Positions 31,272-43,659 of a stretch of 64,000 bases of DNA are shown here, piece after piece. Under the pieces are notes generated by a model that worked only from the letters and a program-made list of their open reading frames with translations, was not told the origin of the DNA and made no database searches. Position 1 is the stretch's first letter. Each line of letters opens with the position of its first letter. A program made the translations under genes and the position numbers. The stretch spans positions 64,001 through 128,000 of the IMG/VR virus record IMGVR_UViG_2882674194_000007. One strand, 5' to 3'. This DNA is from a virus. Lineage: Duplodnaviria; Caudoviricetes.

Positions 31272-32983
31272 TGCGCAGAAGAATAACGGGAAATATTTGT
31301 ACTGGTCTTGGTAATCCATCACCAGTAATTTTTGACAACGGATGGACAGGTAATGAAAAGTTCAATGAGACTGCGAAGCTATTTTTTGAAGACGCTCTAA
31401 ATTCATTAAAAGACGAAACTGTCAATGATGTTGGCGGTTTCGATTTTAAAATAGAATTAGAAGATAACAGATTTAGAATCTTATTTGGTATTGAACCATC
31501 ATATATGTATGATCCGTATATTTGTTATTACTTCGATAGCCAAAAAGAGAAAAGTTATATACATAAGGGACAGGCACTTGGATATTATGGTGCTGACATC
31601 AAAATTAAATCGAAGAAAAATTATAAAAAATGTGACAAAGAATTTAAAGAATGTATAGATGAGCATTGGGATAATTTGATGAGGTGTTTAAGTGAATAAT
31701 GGAATATTTGCAAATTATACAGGGATTCCAATAATAGTTGTTCCTGATAGCAAAAAGCAAAATAGAACGCATAAGAAAAAGAGAATAAATAAGAAGTGGG
31801 CCAAGAGATATGGTTATACAGTATACAATTCAATTGAAGATGAAAAGGTGATTACGATGAATGGAAGCATGTATGTAAATCCGAGAACTTATTATAAGCT
31901 AAAATCTCTTGAATTATATACTTAGAAATTCATTCTGTGTGGGAGGTGAATAATGAACTCAAAATATGAAAATATGTCTTTAAAAGAAATTATTAGACAG
32001 ATAGAAAAGAAGGATAAAAGAATTGCTGAGTTGGAGAAAAAAGTTTCTGATATGAATGACACCATCAGAACAATCGGTAATCAGAATCGTAAACTGAAAA
32101 GAAATAATGAAAGATATCAGGAACGATTAACAGAAGTTTTATATAAAGGTGAGATTAAGAATTGCTCAACATGTAAAAATAATGTTAAATTTCCTCCTCC
32201 TCATACTTGTGATATTTGTACCAGTTTAGACCAGGAAGAAGAATATGAGATGTGGGAGGAAAGGATTGAGATTAATTGATGCAGATAATTTAACAAAAGA
32301 AACAGAAAAATCTATGCATGACAATCCTCATAAAAATAGACAAATTTCTCAAAATCATTTAACAGAACATATTCATTTTTTGTCATTAATTGGAAGACAA
32401 TCAACAGTAACAGACGATAGAATTACGAAAGCATTGGAGTTTGTATGGAATTATGGTCAAATTGATGGAGATCATCATAAGACATGGGTTATTGATCAAA
32501 TTGTTAGAATTTTGTGTGGTAGTAATGAGGAATATAAAAAGTGGGTTGATAAATATGAAGAACCTTTAGAAGATGGTGATTATTACAGTTGGAATCAAGG
32601 TATCAATCCTTAAATCTTGCATTTTATAGGAGGAGAAAAAGAAGTTATGAGCATGGAAAGTCATTATTACGTTATAGCTGGTTATGATTTGACTGGAAAC
32701 GAAACAGATAAATTTAAGGATTGGAAGTGGTCAGATGAAGGAGAAGATTATATTTGCAACCAGTGCAAAGGCGAGATTCAATTTTTCGATGATCCAATGA
32801 GTGGTTCACATTTATATTTTGGATATGTTTTGGCTTCTGGTAATGAGTATAGTTTAGATACAGAAATGTTTGATGTGTCTGATATTGAAAAATGTTCTGG
32901 TAAGGTGAAAGCAGAATTGGTAAATCTTCAAGAACTGGGAGTGATTACAAAAAATCCACATTTTAAACCTGTGTTTAAGATTA

Positions 32984-33532
32984 TTGTATTTGAAGAATGT
33001 AGATAGAGGGGAGAAGATTCATATAACACATAATTACATAAATCTTACGAATGGTGTTGAAGCCATTCCAATGTTGAAATTTTGGAATGAAGATTATAGA
33101 TTTGTTCGCATTCAGTCAACTATCTGCGAACAAAAGAACTGGGACAGACTTATTCAGGATTTGGATTATGATTTCCTTATGAATTTAGCACTTGGACACA
33201 AATGCATTGTATATGATTTTGGAGCGAGAAAGCCTGTTCCTAGAGCAGTATATCAGGGTTTAGAGTTTTTGAAATATGTTCTGAGTCGTAGGTGGTTAGA
33301 TCAAGAATATATCACGAATGTAAACAGAAGTAAGAATCAAGAGAAAAAGAATAACTGTAATGACTATTTTTATAGGTGTTATCAGAGATTAGAAGACAGA
33401 ACTAAAAAGAAATTGGATTATTTCTTACCATATGTAATCACAAAAGAAATAAATTTGGGATGTGTTACTGATTGTACACAGCATGATAATGATAAAGAAT
33501 TTTATAGAGAAATATTGAAACAGGTGAGTTAA
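32984..33532 (+). CDS. Hypothetical phage protein
   Basis: 182-aa ORF. Confidence 0.6.
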   Translation: MYLKNVDRGEKIHITHNYINLTNGVEAIPMLKFWNEDYRFVRIQSTICEQKNWDRLIQDLDYDFLMNLALGHKCIVYDFGARKPVPRAVYQGLEFLKYVLSRRWLDQEYITNVNRSKNQEKKNNCNDYFYRCYQRLEDRTKKKLDYFLPYVITKEINLGCVTDCTQHDNDKEFYREILKQVS

Positions 33533-33553
33533 ATTTGGAAGGAGATACTGATT

Positions 33554-34222
33554 ATGAGTAAAGCGAAAAGATATAAAGGTCTGAAATTTAATTATAGAGT
33601 CAAAGGACAAAACAAAATCTTTATGGATAAATATTTAACCATAGAAGATTTTCTCAAAACTCAATTTCCTAAAAATAATAATCTGGTATCTCCTTCATAT
33701 GATACAGAAATATTCAATATAAATTGGAACTCGCATGAAGTTAGTATCAACGAAGATGTAAAAACTCTTTCTGATTTAATAGAAATTTTATCTGGTGAAT
33801 GTTTTATCAGTAATACGGATATTAGATTAACTGAATCCGCATTGGAGAGAAAATCTGTTCATTATATTGAAGATGTAAGAGAAACAGTAAAAGATGTTTT
33901 ATTTGAGAAACTTAAAAAAGATGCAAAAGTAAAATTAGATGGCGACATCATAAAGGGTAATAGCCAAAGGTATCAGCTATTTTTTACAAAAGGTACAAAA
34001 TGTGTCTGTTGTGGAATTGAGGGAAAATATTTTGCAAAAGAGAAGAGAATAAAAGATAAATCGTACCATTTGAATTTGTATGGTATTGATAATAGCGGAA
34101 AAGAAGTCTTAATTACAAAAGATCACATAATTCCAAAATCAAAAGGTGGGAAAGATGAATTAGAAAATTATCAAACAATGTGTGTTAGATGTAATAAAAG
34201 AAAAGGTAATAAAACAGAATAA
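33554..34222 (+). CDS. HNH endonuclease
   Basis: CVCCG...DHIIPKSKGG...NYQTMCVRCNKRK. Confidence 0.88.
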   Translation: MSKAKRYKGLKFNYRVKGQNKIFMDKYLTIEDFLKTQFPKNNNLVSPSYDTEIFNINWNSHEVSINEDVKTLSDLIEILSGECFISNTDIRLTESALERKSVHYIEDVRETVKDVLFEKLKKDAKVKLDGDIIKGNSQRYQLFFTKGTKCVCCGIEGKYFAKEKRIKDKSYHLNLYGIDNSGKEVLITKDHIIPKSKGGKDELENYQTMCVRCNKRKGNKTE

Positions 34223-34295
34223 TTAATAAAGAAAGGATAAAATCAGAAGTTCCTATAGGTGAAAAGTGCGCACAGCTTATGACGGTAAGCGAGGA

Positions 34296-36494
34296 ATGAG
34301 AATTTTACTTTTATTAAGAGGATCTGCCGGATGTGGGAAATCTACATGGATTGAGAAAAATGGATTAAAACCATATACATTGTCGGCTGATGATATAAGG
34401 CTTCTGTGTCAGAGTCCTATTATGCAAGTAGATGGCGCTGAAGGCATCAGCCAGGTAAACGATAATGTCACATGGAAGACTTTATTTAATTTGTTAGAAG
34501 TCAGAATGCAGAAGGGTGAATTTACTGTAATTGACGCTACAAATTCTAAGACTTCTGAAATGAACAGATATAAGGAAATGTGCAATACATATAGATACAG
34601 GATTTATTGTGTTGATTTTACGGATATTTCTATTGATGAAGTTAAGAGAAGGAATGCAAACAGAGAAGTATTAAAGAGAGTCCCTGAAGAAGTGATTGAT
34701 AAGATGTATTCAAGATTTGCAACTCAGAAAATACCATCAGGTATCAAAGTTATCAAACCTGATGAATTAGATACTATCTGGATGAGAATGATCGATATGT
34801 CTGAATACAAAAAGATTCATCATATTGGAGATATTCATGGATGTAATACAGTTTTGCAGAAGTACTTATCAGATAATGGTGGTATGAAAGATGATGAGTT
34901 TTATATTTTTACAGGTGATTATATTGATAGAGGACTTGAAAATGCCGATGTTGTAAAATTTCTCATTTCCATTAAGGATAAGAAAAATGTTCTTATGTTG
35001 GAGGGGAATCATGAGAGATGGTTGTGGCTATATGCAAATGGATGTACAGGTAAATCAAAAGAATTTGAATTAATTACAAAACCAGCTCTGGAAGAAGCGA
35101 GAATTGATAAGAAGGATATAAGGCAGCTTTATAGAAGATTTGGTCAGTGTGTTTATTATAAATATGGCGATAATGTTTATTTGGTTACTCATGCTGGACT
35201 TAGTACGCTTCCAAAGAATTTGTCATTTGTAGCAACGGATCAGATGATTAGAGGTGTTGGTGGTTACAATGATTTTGAGAAAATCGCAGAAACATTTGTC
35301 AACACTACACCAGACAATGTTTATCAGATTCATGGACACAGAAATACAAAGAGATTAGATACAAAGGTAAATGACAGGGTATTCAATTTGGAAGGTCGTG
35401 TGGAATTTGGTGGAGAATTAAGATGTGTACAGGTTGATAAAAATGGTATTCACACAATCGAAATTCAAAATGAAGTATTCAAGACACCGGAAATGCAGAG
35501 TGAACAGACTGTTACAAGTAGTTCAGTTACAGACACGATTATCTCTTTAAGGGCTAATAGATATATTCAGGAAAAGAAATTTGGCAATATCTCTTCCTTT
35601 AATTTTACTGAAAAGGCATTTTATGACAAGGTTTGGGATGAACAGACCACAAAATCAAGAGGGTTATATCTTGATACCCTAAAAGGAAAAGTAGTTGCAA
35701 GGGCATATGATAAGTTCTTTAATATCAACGAAAGACCAGAAACGAAGTTTGATATGCTGCAATACAAACTGCAATTTCCTGTAACAGCTTATGTTAAAGA
35801 AAATGGTTTCTTGGGCATTGTAAGTTACAACGAATATGAAGATGATTTGTTGATTGCAAGTAAGTCTACTCTTGATAGCCAGTTTGCACAGTGGTTTAGA
35901 GAAATGTTATATGAAAAGATTTCTGCTGACAATATTCAGGAAATGAAGAAATATATTAAAGAGCATAATGTTTCATTTGTATTTGAGTGTGTTGACATGA
36001 AGAATGACCCACATATTATCGAATATCCAAACAGTGAATTATTCTTACTTGATATTGTTCAGAATGATATGAACTTTTCTAAATATGAATATGACACAAT
36101 GGTTGATGTTGCTAATCAGTTTGGAATTACAACGAAAGAAAAGGCATTTGAGATTGCAACATGGCAGGAGTTCTTTGATTGGTACTATGACATTTTGGAA
36201 GAAGATTATGAGTATGATGGACGCAAGATTGAAGGATTTGTCATTGAGGACAGTGTAGGCTACATGACAAAACTGAAACTGACATACTACAATTTCTGGA
36301 AGTTTATGAGAAGTATTTCACATGAAGCGATCAGGAATGGATATATCAGGAAGACATCGGCTTTAACTACTCCAACAGCAAATGAATATTATGCTTGGGT
36401 TAGAAAATTGCACGATGTAGAAGATAAAGATAGTATTCCGAGAGATATTTGTACGCTGAGAAGACTGTTTTATAAGGACAAGGAGAAAAATTGA
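34296..36494 (+). CDS. Polynucleotide kinase-metallophosphatase-RNA ligase (Rnl1-like) fusion
   Basis: GSAGCGKS P-loop; GDIHG/GDYIDRG/GNHE phosphoesterase; KENGFLG ligase motif I and EGFV. Confidence 0.9.
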   Translation: MRILLLLRGSAGCGKSTWIEKNGLKPYTLSADDIRLLCQSPIMQVDGAEGISQVNDNVTWKTLFNLLEVRMQKGEFTVIDATNSKTSEMNRYKEMCNTYRYRIYCVDFTDISIDEVKRRNANREVLKRVPEEVIDKMYSRFATQKIPSGIKVIKPDELDTIWMRMIDMSEYKKIHHIGDIHGCNTVLQKYLSDNGGMKDDEFYIFTGDYIDRGLENADVVKFLISIKDKKNVLMLEGNHERWLWLYANGCTGKSKEFELITKPALEEARIDKKDIRQLYRRFGQCVYYKYGDNVYLVTHAGLSTLPKNLSFVATDQMIRGVGGYNDFEKIAETFVNTTPDNVYQIHGHRNTKRLDTKVNDRVFNLEGRVEFGGELRCVQVDKNGIHTIEIQNEVFKTPEMQSEQTVTSSSVTDTIISLRANRYIQEKKFGNISSFNFTEKAFYDKVWDEQTTKSRGLYLDTLKGKVVARAYDKFFNINERPETKFDMLQYKLQFPVTAYVKENGFLGIVSYNEYEDDLLIASKSTLDSQFAQWFREMLYEKISADNIQEMKKYIKEHNVSFVFECVDMKNDPHIIEYPNSELFLLDIVQNDMNFSKYEYDTMVDVANQFGITTKEKAFEIATWQEFFDWYYDILEEDYEYDGRKIEGFVIEDSVGYMTKLKLTYYNFWKFMRSISHEAIRNGYIRKTSALTTPTANEYYAWVRKLHDVEDKDSIPRDICTLRRLFYKDKEKN

Positions 36495-36502
36495 TAAAAA
36501 TA

Positions 36503-36548
36503 TACCATATATAGTAGTTTGCTGTATTTGAAATTGCTATATATGGTA
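36503..36548. terminator. Long hairpin after the RNA repair gene
   Basis: TACCATATATAGTAGTTT / AAATTGCTATATATGGTA, 10-nt loop. Confidence 0.5.
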
Positions 36549-36590
36549 CAGACATGAAATCGAGATTTTAAGGTAGAAAAGAGGTGATAG

Positions 36591-37712
36591 ATAACGAGAG
36601 TTTACAAGGAAAAACAGTTTCTGATTTTTGATTTCGAAGATGGAAGGACTGTCAAATATGATTTTGCCACAAAAACTTGTATAGGGATCAAAGGTAAACC
36701 AGTAAAAGGATTGCAGAGCCAATTATCAGGCATAACAATGAATCAGATAATTGAGTATTGTGCTGATGAAAAATATGCTAAATTTCTCAAATTTGTACAG
36801 AATAGATACCCAAATTACATATCAAATATAGGTACAATTCTTTCAAAAGTTCCACAGTATTCAAAATTTGAACAGATATTTTCAGCAGGATTCGATAGTA
36901 TTGTAGATAGAAATTTTACAAAAACAATCAATGATATTCCAAAATCTTTAATCAAAATAGCGAGAGATAGACAAATAAAAATATCAGATAGATTTTGTGA
37001 TTATTGGAAAAGAAATCCTAATGCTCATTTTCTGGCGTATCAGCTTGATTATATATCTTTAACAGATGAAGACATCAATAAAATTTTAATGAGAGAAAGT
37101 TATGATTATGTTGATGGGATTAGTAATTACTATTCCTATTTTAATAAGTTGATTGAAGAATACGGATATAATCCGAAAGCATTGTTGCTGTATCTTGACA
37201 CTCTAAAAACTTTTGAAGCAATAGAAGATATGTGTCATTTACTTGGTGAATTGGTAGATTATGCAAGAATGATGAATACAATCAGTCCAAAATTTGATAA
37301 ATATCCACAGAATTTTCTTACTACACATAAGATTGCATGTAGAAATTACAACAGATTAAAGAAAGAGTTTTCAGAGGAAACATTTAGGACAAGAATAAAT
37401 AAAAAGTTAGAATATTCATTTGGGGAGTATCAGTTTATTTATCCTGATAGTACCCAAGACATTAAGGACGAGGCAGTATCACAAAATAATTGTGTGGCTT
37501 CTTACATAGATAAAGTTATTGATGGAGAATGTCATATTATGTTCTTGCGTAAGAAATCTAATCCTAAAGAGAGCCTTGTCACTATTGAGATACGAAACAA
37601 TCATATTGTACAAGCCAGAAGAAGGTTTAATGATCCTGTTACTCCAGAGGATCAGGAAGCAATTGATAAATGGAATAAGAAATTTGCAGATAAAGAAAGG
37701 AAAGCAGCATGA
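36591..37712 (+). CDS. PcfJ-like domain protein (probable ATA start at 36591)
   Basis: DIKDEAVSQNNCVASY...LVTIEI...QAR; frame open from ATA after GAGGTG. Confidence 0.75.
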   Translation: MTRVYKEKQFLIFDFEDGRTVKYDFATKTCIGIKGKPVKGLQSQLSGITMNQIIEYCADEKYAKFLKFVQNRYPNYISNIGTILSKVPQYSKFEQIFSAGFDSIVDRNFTKTINDIPKSLIKIARDRQIKISDRFCDYWKRNPNAHFLAYQLDYISLTDEDINKILMRESYDYVDGISNYYSYFNKLIEEYGYNPKALLLYLDTLKTFEAIEDMCHLLGELVDYARMMNTISPKFDKYPQNFLTTHKIACRNYNRLKKEFSEETFRTRINKKLEYSFGEYQFIYPDSTQDIKDEAVSQNNCVASYIDKVIDGECHIMFLRKKSNPKESLVTIEIRNNHIVQARRRFNDPVTPEDQEAIDKWNKKFADKERKAA

Positions 37713-38724
37713 TTACAAAAGGAAATGAGATTAGGCTGATTAAGCCGATGGGAGTATTTGATAATATCGGAGAAGTTTGCGAAGTAACAGATGTATCAGA
37801 AGATGGTGTTATAAGTTTTAAATTTGGTGGCTGTCATCTTGGGTGTATGTCTTATAACGAATTTGAAAAGTATTTTGAATTAGTAAAGAAGGAAGTACCA
37901 GAAGAAAAAAGTGATGAAGATGCTGATTCTATGACAGAAAATAAAGAAGTGTATGAATTAATTGAGTGGTGTAAAGAGAATGATAAACCATTTTATCCAA
38001 AGTTGTATTTGAATGTACTGGAAAAGAGAAATAGTATTACACAGTCGATTCTTGGAATGTATAAAAATAGATTGTGTTTGGTGCAATTTAAGAATAAAAC
38101 TTTTAAGGATTCAGATTTTAGCGGATTAAAGATTTTGATTTAATTAGAAAAACATACACTTGACTATCTACCAGAGTGTTCAATCACTCAATCAGATAAA
38201 TTTCGTTGTTTTCATTTTAACCTCTTTTTTGGGAATGTTCAAGTTTGTGGCTTGAGCATTCTGATAGATGGTCAAGTGTGGAAGATGAAGGTGAAAAATA
38301 TGAACAAAGCTAAGAAATATTATGTAGATGAAAGAAAAAATATGATTGGTTATATAAGAAATTATGGGTTTGAAAAAGTAGAAAAGCCAGCAAAAATGTT
38401 TCATGCTAAATTAAAAATTAGCAAAGTTGGATGGTTGAATGAAGGTTTCTATTTTATATTAGAAGATGAAAATGGCAAAACGTATTCTATGAATGATGTT
38501 TTATTTAGAGAGTACATTGAAGTAAACGATGTTTTTATTGAAGGAGATTGGAACTTTTATCAGCAAGGAACGGCATTTAGTATTGGGTTATGACACGTTG
38601 AAAAATCTGTTTCAAAGGGAGTTATCAACTCATAACTGGTGATCTCCATTCGTGAGATAGTTGCCTTACCAATTCTAACGACTCACTTCAAACGGTAGAA
38701 AATCAGCGTTTACGACAGGCGGTA

Positions 38725-39543
38725 GTGAAGATCTTTCCTTGTACGAGAACAAGGGCAAACTACACTGAAAGGTTGGTGATAGATATCCGAAAAGGGTTTG
38801 AAAAGCGTTTTAATCATGGAGATATTGTTTATTGGTGTAATAGAAACGGAAATGAATATAGTGTGAAATATGGACGAGTAGATGAGCAGTTTTCGGATGC
38901 TGTATGTATAGATTTATTGGAGTCGAAAGAAACAAGATATATAGATGGAGTTCCAATTGATGAATTTAAGGATAATCAAAAATATAGAAAGCTTCCTAAA
39001 GGCTGGACATATAATACAAAACTATTTGATTTGGAATGGAGAACTGATCCTGAAGATGAAAAATTATTTAAAGAATTATGTGTGCGAATAGATGATCCAG
39101 AGTCAATTAAGAAAGCATATGAATCAGGATTGCTTGTTAAATCAGATAAGATTTTTCATGGACATATTGAAACAGATATTATTAAAGAAGGGTTTCGTAT
39201 TATCAAGAAATATCCTATGTGGCAACATCATATAACTCATGTGAGCATCAGACCAGATAAAGTTTATTTTACATATCAAGAGGCAAAGGCTGAAGTAGAA
39301 GAGTATCTTGAAGAATTTAGGAGACAAGCTGCATTATCTGATTATGAATGGGCAGTAGAGGAGATTGACAAAACTCTTAATCATTGGAAAGTATTTCAGG
39401 ATGCTACAGACGAGGAAGTGAATGCGTATCGTGAGTGGTTGCTTTCTATGAAAAATGTAGAAGAAATTGAAACGAGAATCAGTCTTGGAAACATTCAGTG
39501 GAAATATGAAAAGAACAAGAAATGGAATAATATTGTTTTGTGA
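38725..39543 (+). CDS. Hypothetical phage protein
   Basis: 272-aa ORF. Confidence 0.6.
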   Translation: MKIFPCTRTRANYTERLVIDIRKGFEKRFNHGDIVYWCNRNGNEYSVKYGRVDEQFSDAVCIDLLESKETRYIDGVPIDEFKDNQKYRKLPKGWTYNTKLFDLEWRTDPEDEKLFKELCVRIDDPESIKKAYESGLLVKSDKIFHGHIETDIIKEGFRIIKKYPMWQHHITHVSIRPDKVYFTYQEAKAEVEEYLEEFRRQAALSDYEWAVEEIDKTLNHWKVFQDATDEEVNAYREWLLSMKNVEEIETRISLGNIQWKYEKNKKWNNIVL

Positions 39544-39878
39544 GGAGAAATAGAATGAGTAGTATTATTAACGGTGTCGCATCTGAGTATGATATGCAGA
39601 AAGTATCAAGAACTTATGAAAGTAATAGTAAACTACCACAAACAAGCTGTAGAGTACCAATGCCGAAAACAAAAGAATTTGGAGAAAAAATTTGTGAGAA
39701 CTGTGATAAAGAAGACGTGTGTATGTACAAAGAAGAGTGTATGAAAGCAGTAAAAGATATTTTAGATATTGAAAGTAGGGCTGACGTATTTATCAGGACT
39801 CATATTGATTGTAAAAAGTGGAGTAAAAAATCTGTTGGAATTAATATGAATGATATTTTATACAGACAAAAAGGTTAG
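39540..39878 (+). CDS. Cys-rich hypothetical protein, paralogue of 51222..51482
   Basis: KEFGEKICENCDKEDVCMYKEECMKA is identical in both copies. Confidence 0.7.
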   Translation: MRRNRMSSIINGVASEYDMQKVSRTYESNSKLPQTSCRVPMPKTKEFGEKICENCDKEDVCMYKEECMKAVKDILDIESRADVFIRTHIDCKKWSKKSVGINMNDILYRQKG

Positions 39879-40925
39879 CATTGTAATGAAAAAATACAAA
39901 GAGAAATATAAAACAGGAATGATCTTCAGAAGTAAGAAATACCCCTGGGCAGACATTATAATTGATTATGTTAGTTATAATCGTATGGCTGAAAATTCTT
40001 ATGAGTTCAATACATATTCGATTATTGACTGGCATAGAGCGAATGGTATTGAGTTTGACAAATTCGTATGTAGAAGAAAAGGTTATGATTATAATCCAGA
40101 AGAAGATGGACGAATGGACTTTAGAGATAAAACAACATTCCCATATCCTTCTTGGGGAGAGATGAAACCTAAGTCAATGGATGCTTATATCAAAAAGTAT
40201 GAACTTGAATATGTAGGAATGAGTGATAGAGAAATAACAATATATCAAGATGACGAAGTTGAGTATTCATCTGGATTTAAGAATAAATAAGCAAGAAAAT
40301 TTTCATTTTATTAGTTTAGGAGAAGAAAAAAGATGAATATAGATAGGGATGATCCGAATAGAAATTATTTTCTAAATTTGTTTAGAAATATTGTTAAAAA
40401 GGATGATGGTTATTGTCTACAAAAGGTTTACGAAGAAGATGAAAACGGAAATATTAGGCAAACAGATGTGAGTAAATCTAATAGATATGAAAACCAATAT
40501 TCCAAGAATTGCTATCGTTGTACATACAGTAATAATAAAAGTTGTTTACTTAGAACAAAGTTAGAAGGTTGCTCTGAAAATAATTTTATTCCTTTTGATT
40601 GGGTAGGAAACTGTGATGCTTATTCTCCTATATATCCCTTAAGAATAATTAAATCAGAAAAAGAGATGATTGACTTTATTGAAATAGTGAAAACCTTCTT
40701 TGAATGTCCAGAAGAATATGAATCTTATTTTGGTTTTAAAAGAAAATGGGATGAAGAAACTGGTGAGATTTTAGAAACAACAAAAGAATATTACGATAGA
40801 GGCGGTAGGTTTAATAATATTCCTGATAAGTTTCCTTGTGTAATTTATTTTGGTATTGTAGATTTTAATGGAGAAAGAATGAGTAATAAGAAATTGAATT
40901 GGATTTATGTGGGAGAAGAGAGTTA

Positions 40926-41321
40926 ATGATATATACAAGTTATTTTGCAAAATTAAAAGAATTAGAAAAACACAATATCATACCAATATCAATCTGTGGC
41001 AAAGCACCTGATTGGTATAAGGGGATACAGTATAAGAAACTGGCTCCGAAGTATGGATTCTTTATGGAGTGGAAGAAAAATCATGATAATGACTATTATA
41101 TAGAACATTTTAAAGCTGAGGTTCTGGATGGATTGGATGCTACTAATGTAATTAAGGAATTAAATTATTTAGTTCCGAATGTAAATGGCAAAGATATTGC
41201 GCTGATCTGTTATGAGAAACCGTCAGATTTTTGTCATAGACATTTGGTGGCTGAGTGGTTAAATCAGAATGGATTTAAGTGTGAGGAATGGAGGAAACAA
41301 CAATTAGAGAAGAAGAATTAG
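40926..41321 (+). CDS. DUF488 family protein
   Basis: MIYTSYF...LAP...LICYEKPSDFCHRHLVA. Confidence 0.8.
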   Translation: MIYTSYFAKLKELEKHNIIPISICGKAPDWYKGIQYKKLAPKYGFFMEWKKNHDNDYYIEHFKAEVLDGLDATNVIKELNYLVPNVNGKDIALICYEKPSDFCHRHLVAEWLNQNGFKCEEWRKQQLEKKN

Positions 41322-41797
41322 TAAAAAATTTGAAACGATTAGGTAAAGAAGCTACATGGTGTAGAACTTGCCTCAGAAGGAATAAATGCGACATTAAAGA
41401 AACCGTTGCTATGGAGCAGAAATTAGTAGCTCCCTATCCAGTGAAATATGTAGATGTGAAAATAAAATGTAGAAAATATATAAAAGATAGCAAATTACCA
41501 AACACACCAGATGTTTTTGCATCAATATTTTCTGTATAGGATAGGAGAAACAAATAATGCAAAACAAATATTCAAAGAAACAGTTAGAAGAGTTATATAA
41601 TTGCGAGATTTTTAAAGACTCAGGGTTTGATAATAGTCACTTGTTTTGGACAGCCCATGGTCTACCGTTGACACAAGATGGAGAAGATATTTTGTTTGCA
41701 TATGCAGATGGATGGGATTTGAATGAGCTGCATGAAAATATTAGAGAAGCTATTCGAGAACATTGTATTGTGTTTGATGGGGAATCGGAGGTGTAAA

Positions 41798-42541
41798 ATA
41801 GATAGATTAGGAGAAGTTAATAAGAATTCACATGGCACATTAATGAAGATAATTCGTTATGATGGTTGGGAAGATATTGATGTGCAATTCCAAGATGAGT
41901 TTTATTATATAAAAGAACGTCAGACATATAGTAATTTCAAAAAGGGAGAAATTAAAAATCCATATGACAGAACCGTATTTGGAGTAGGGTATGTTGGAGT
42001 GGGAGAATATAAAACTAAAGAAAATGGTCGTTTCACAATATATTATCAGCAGTGGAAAAATATGCTTCTAAGATGTTATGTAAAAGCAGAACGCCATCAT
42101 GCATATGAAAACGCGAAAGTTTGTAAAGAGTGGTTAAATTTTCAAGTATTTGCAAAGTGGTATGATGAACATTATTACAAAATAAAAGAAAGTTTGCAGA
42201 TTGATAAGGATATTAAATATTCATGTAATACAATATATAGCCCTCAAACTTGTATACTAATTCCGCAAAGAATAAATTTAATGTTTACAAATAAACCAAA
42301 TAATTGTGGATTGCCGAATGGGATAGTTAGACAAGGAAATGGTTATCTTGCAAAATATAATCATGAATGTTTAGGTAAATTTGATACAGTTGAGGAAGCA
42401 TACCATTATCAGACTAAAAAGAAAAAGGAAGTAATTGTAGAATTAGCAAATGAGTATAAAAATATCATGCCTGAATATGTTTACGATATTGTTGTAAAAT
42501 ATGAATTTGATATTAGGAACGATAAAAATTATGTGGCATAA
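41798..42541 (+). CDS. HNH-like homing endonuclease family protein (probable ATA start)
   Basis: WKNMLLRCY...VCKEWLNFQVFAKW...IDKDI...YSPQTC. Confidence 0.65.
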   Translation: MDRLGEVNKNSHGTLMKIIRYDGWEDIDVQFQDEFYYIKERQTYSNFKKGEIKNPYDRTVFGVGYVGVGEYKTKENGRFTIYYQQWKNMLLRCYVKAERHHAYENAKVCKEWLNFQVFAKWYDEHYYKIKESLQIDKDIKYSCNTIYSPQTCILIPQRINLMFTNKPNNCGLPNGIVRQGNGYLAKYNHECLGKFDTVEEAYHYQTKKKKEVIVELANEYKNIMPEYVYDIVVKYEFDIRNDKNYVA

Positions 42542-43659
42542 TTTCCCTTGGAAACAACTCTTTTATTGCCAAAATGGGAGGTAATATGTGTAAATTATCT
42601 GATGATGAATTGTGGGAGAAATGTAAAGAAGGTGGCAGTATTACACCAGAAGATTTAGGGTTAAAAAATCTTAATTCTAACGATTCATTTTACTGGACGG
42701 AGGGTATAAGGTATGAAGACAAGTGAACAGATTTTAAATGAAATACAATCAGCAATACAATTAAATAAAAATGCAAAAGCAAAATGTAATACAGCTTTAA
42801 CAGATGCAATTAGTTTGATTTTACATAATGAAAAAGAATTGCAAAATCGTTTAGATGAAGAATATAAACGTGGTTTGAATGATGCATGGGAGATTGCTAA
42901 AGAAGTATTTGACGATCGTAACTATTGTGCAATTTTAAATGTTTTTGAGTATGATTCGACTCTTGCTGAAGTGATTAGAAATCATAATCCTATAGAAGTT
43001 AAAAAGAAAATTTTAGCATATAAGGAAGAGCAAGAAAAGATTCGTGCTGGCGATGTGGTACAGGATAATAATGATGGTACAAAAGCAACCATACTTGATT
43101 ATGATGCAGAGACTTCCTTAGAAGATGAGCGATATTGGATGGTGTACACAGAAAATAGATGTGTTGAAAGTTGGTGTGAGAATACTTTTACTAAAACTGG
43201 TGAATCGGTAGATGTATGTAATGCTTTAATTAAATAATATAAAATTGAGGTGGTTAAATGAAACAGACAAGAACAAGAGTAAAGAAATTGATTAGCCCAA
43301 GTGATTTTAGATATGCAGCAAGGCAATATAGGGATTATGCAATAGCCAAAGAAATGCAAGATGATTTAAAAATAATGGCATATACAGCACTTGGAAATCT
43401 TGAATTTGATATTCAAGAATCTAAAGAAAAAACAAATTTTGGAGTTGTAGGAAAAGAGAAAAAATATAATTGGTTTTGTTATGTAAAAGAAAGAGGATAT
43501 ATGTTCTTTTCTGAATCAGAAATAGGATTGTATTGCCAAATTATTGAACATATTGTAGGTAATCAGTTATATATACCATTTAACTAATAGTCTTGAAATT
43601 TTGCTTTTATCGGTTGAGCAAGAAATATAAAAAATAAATCAAAAAGGAGAAAGAAATTT

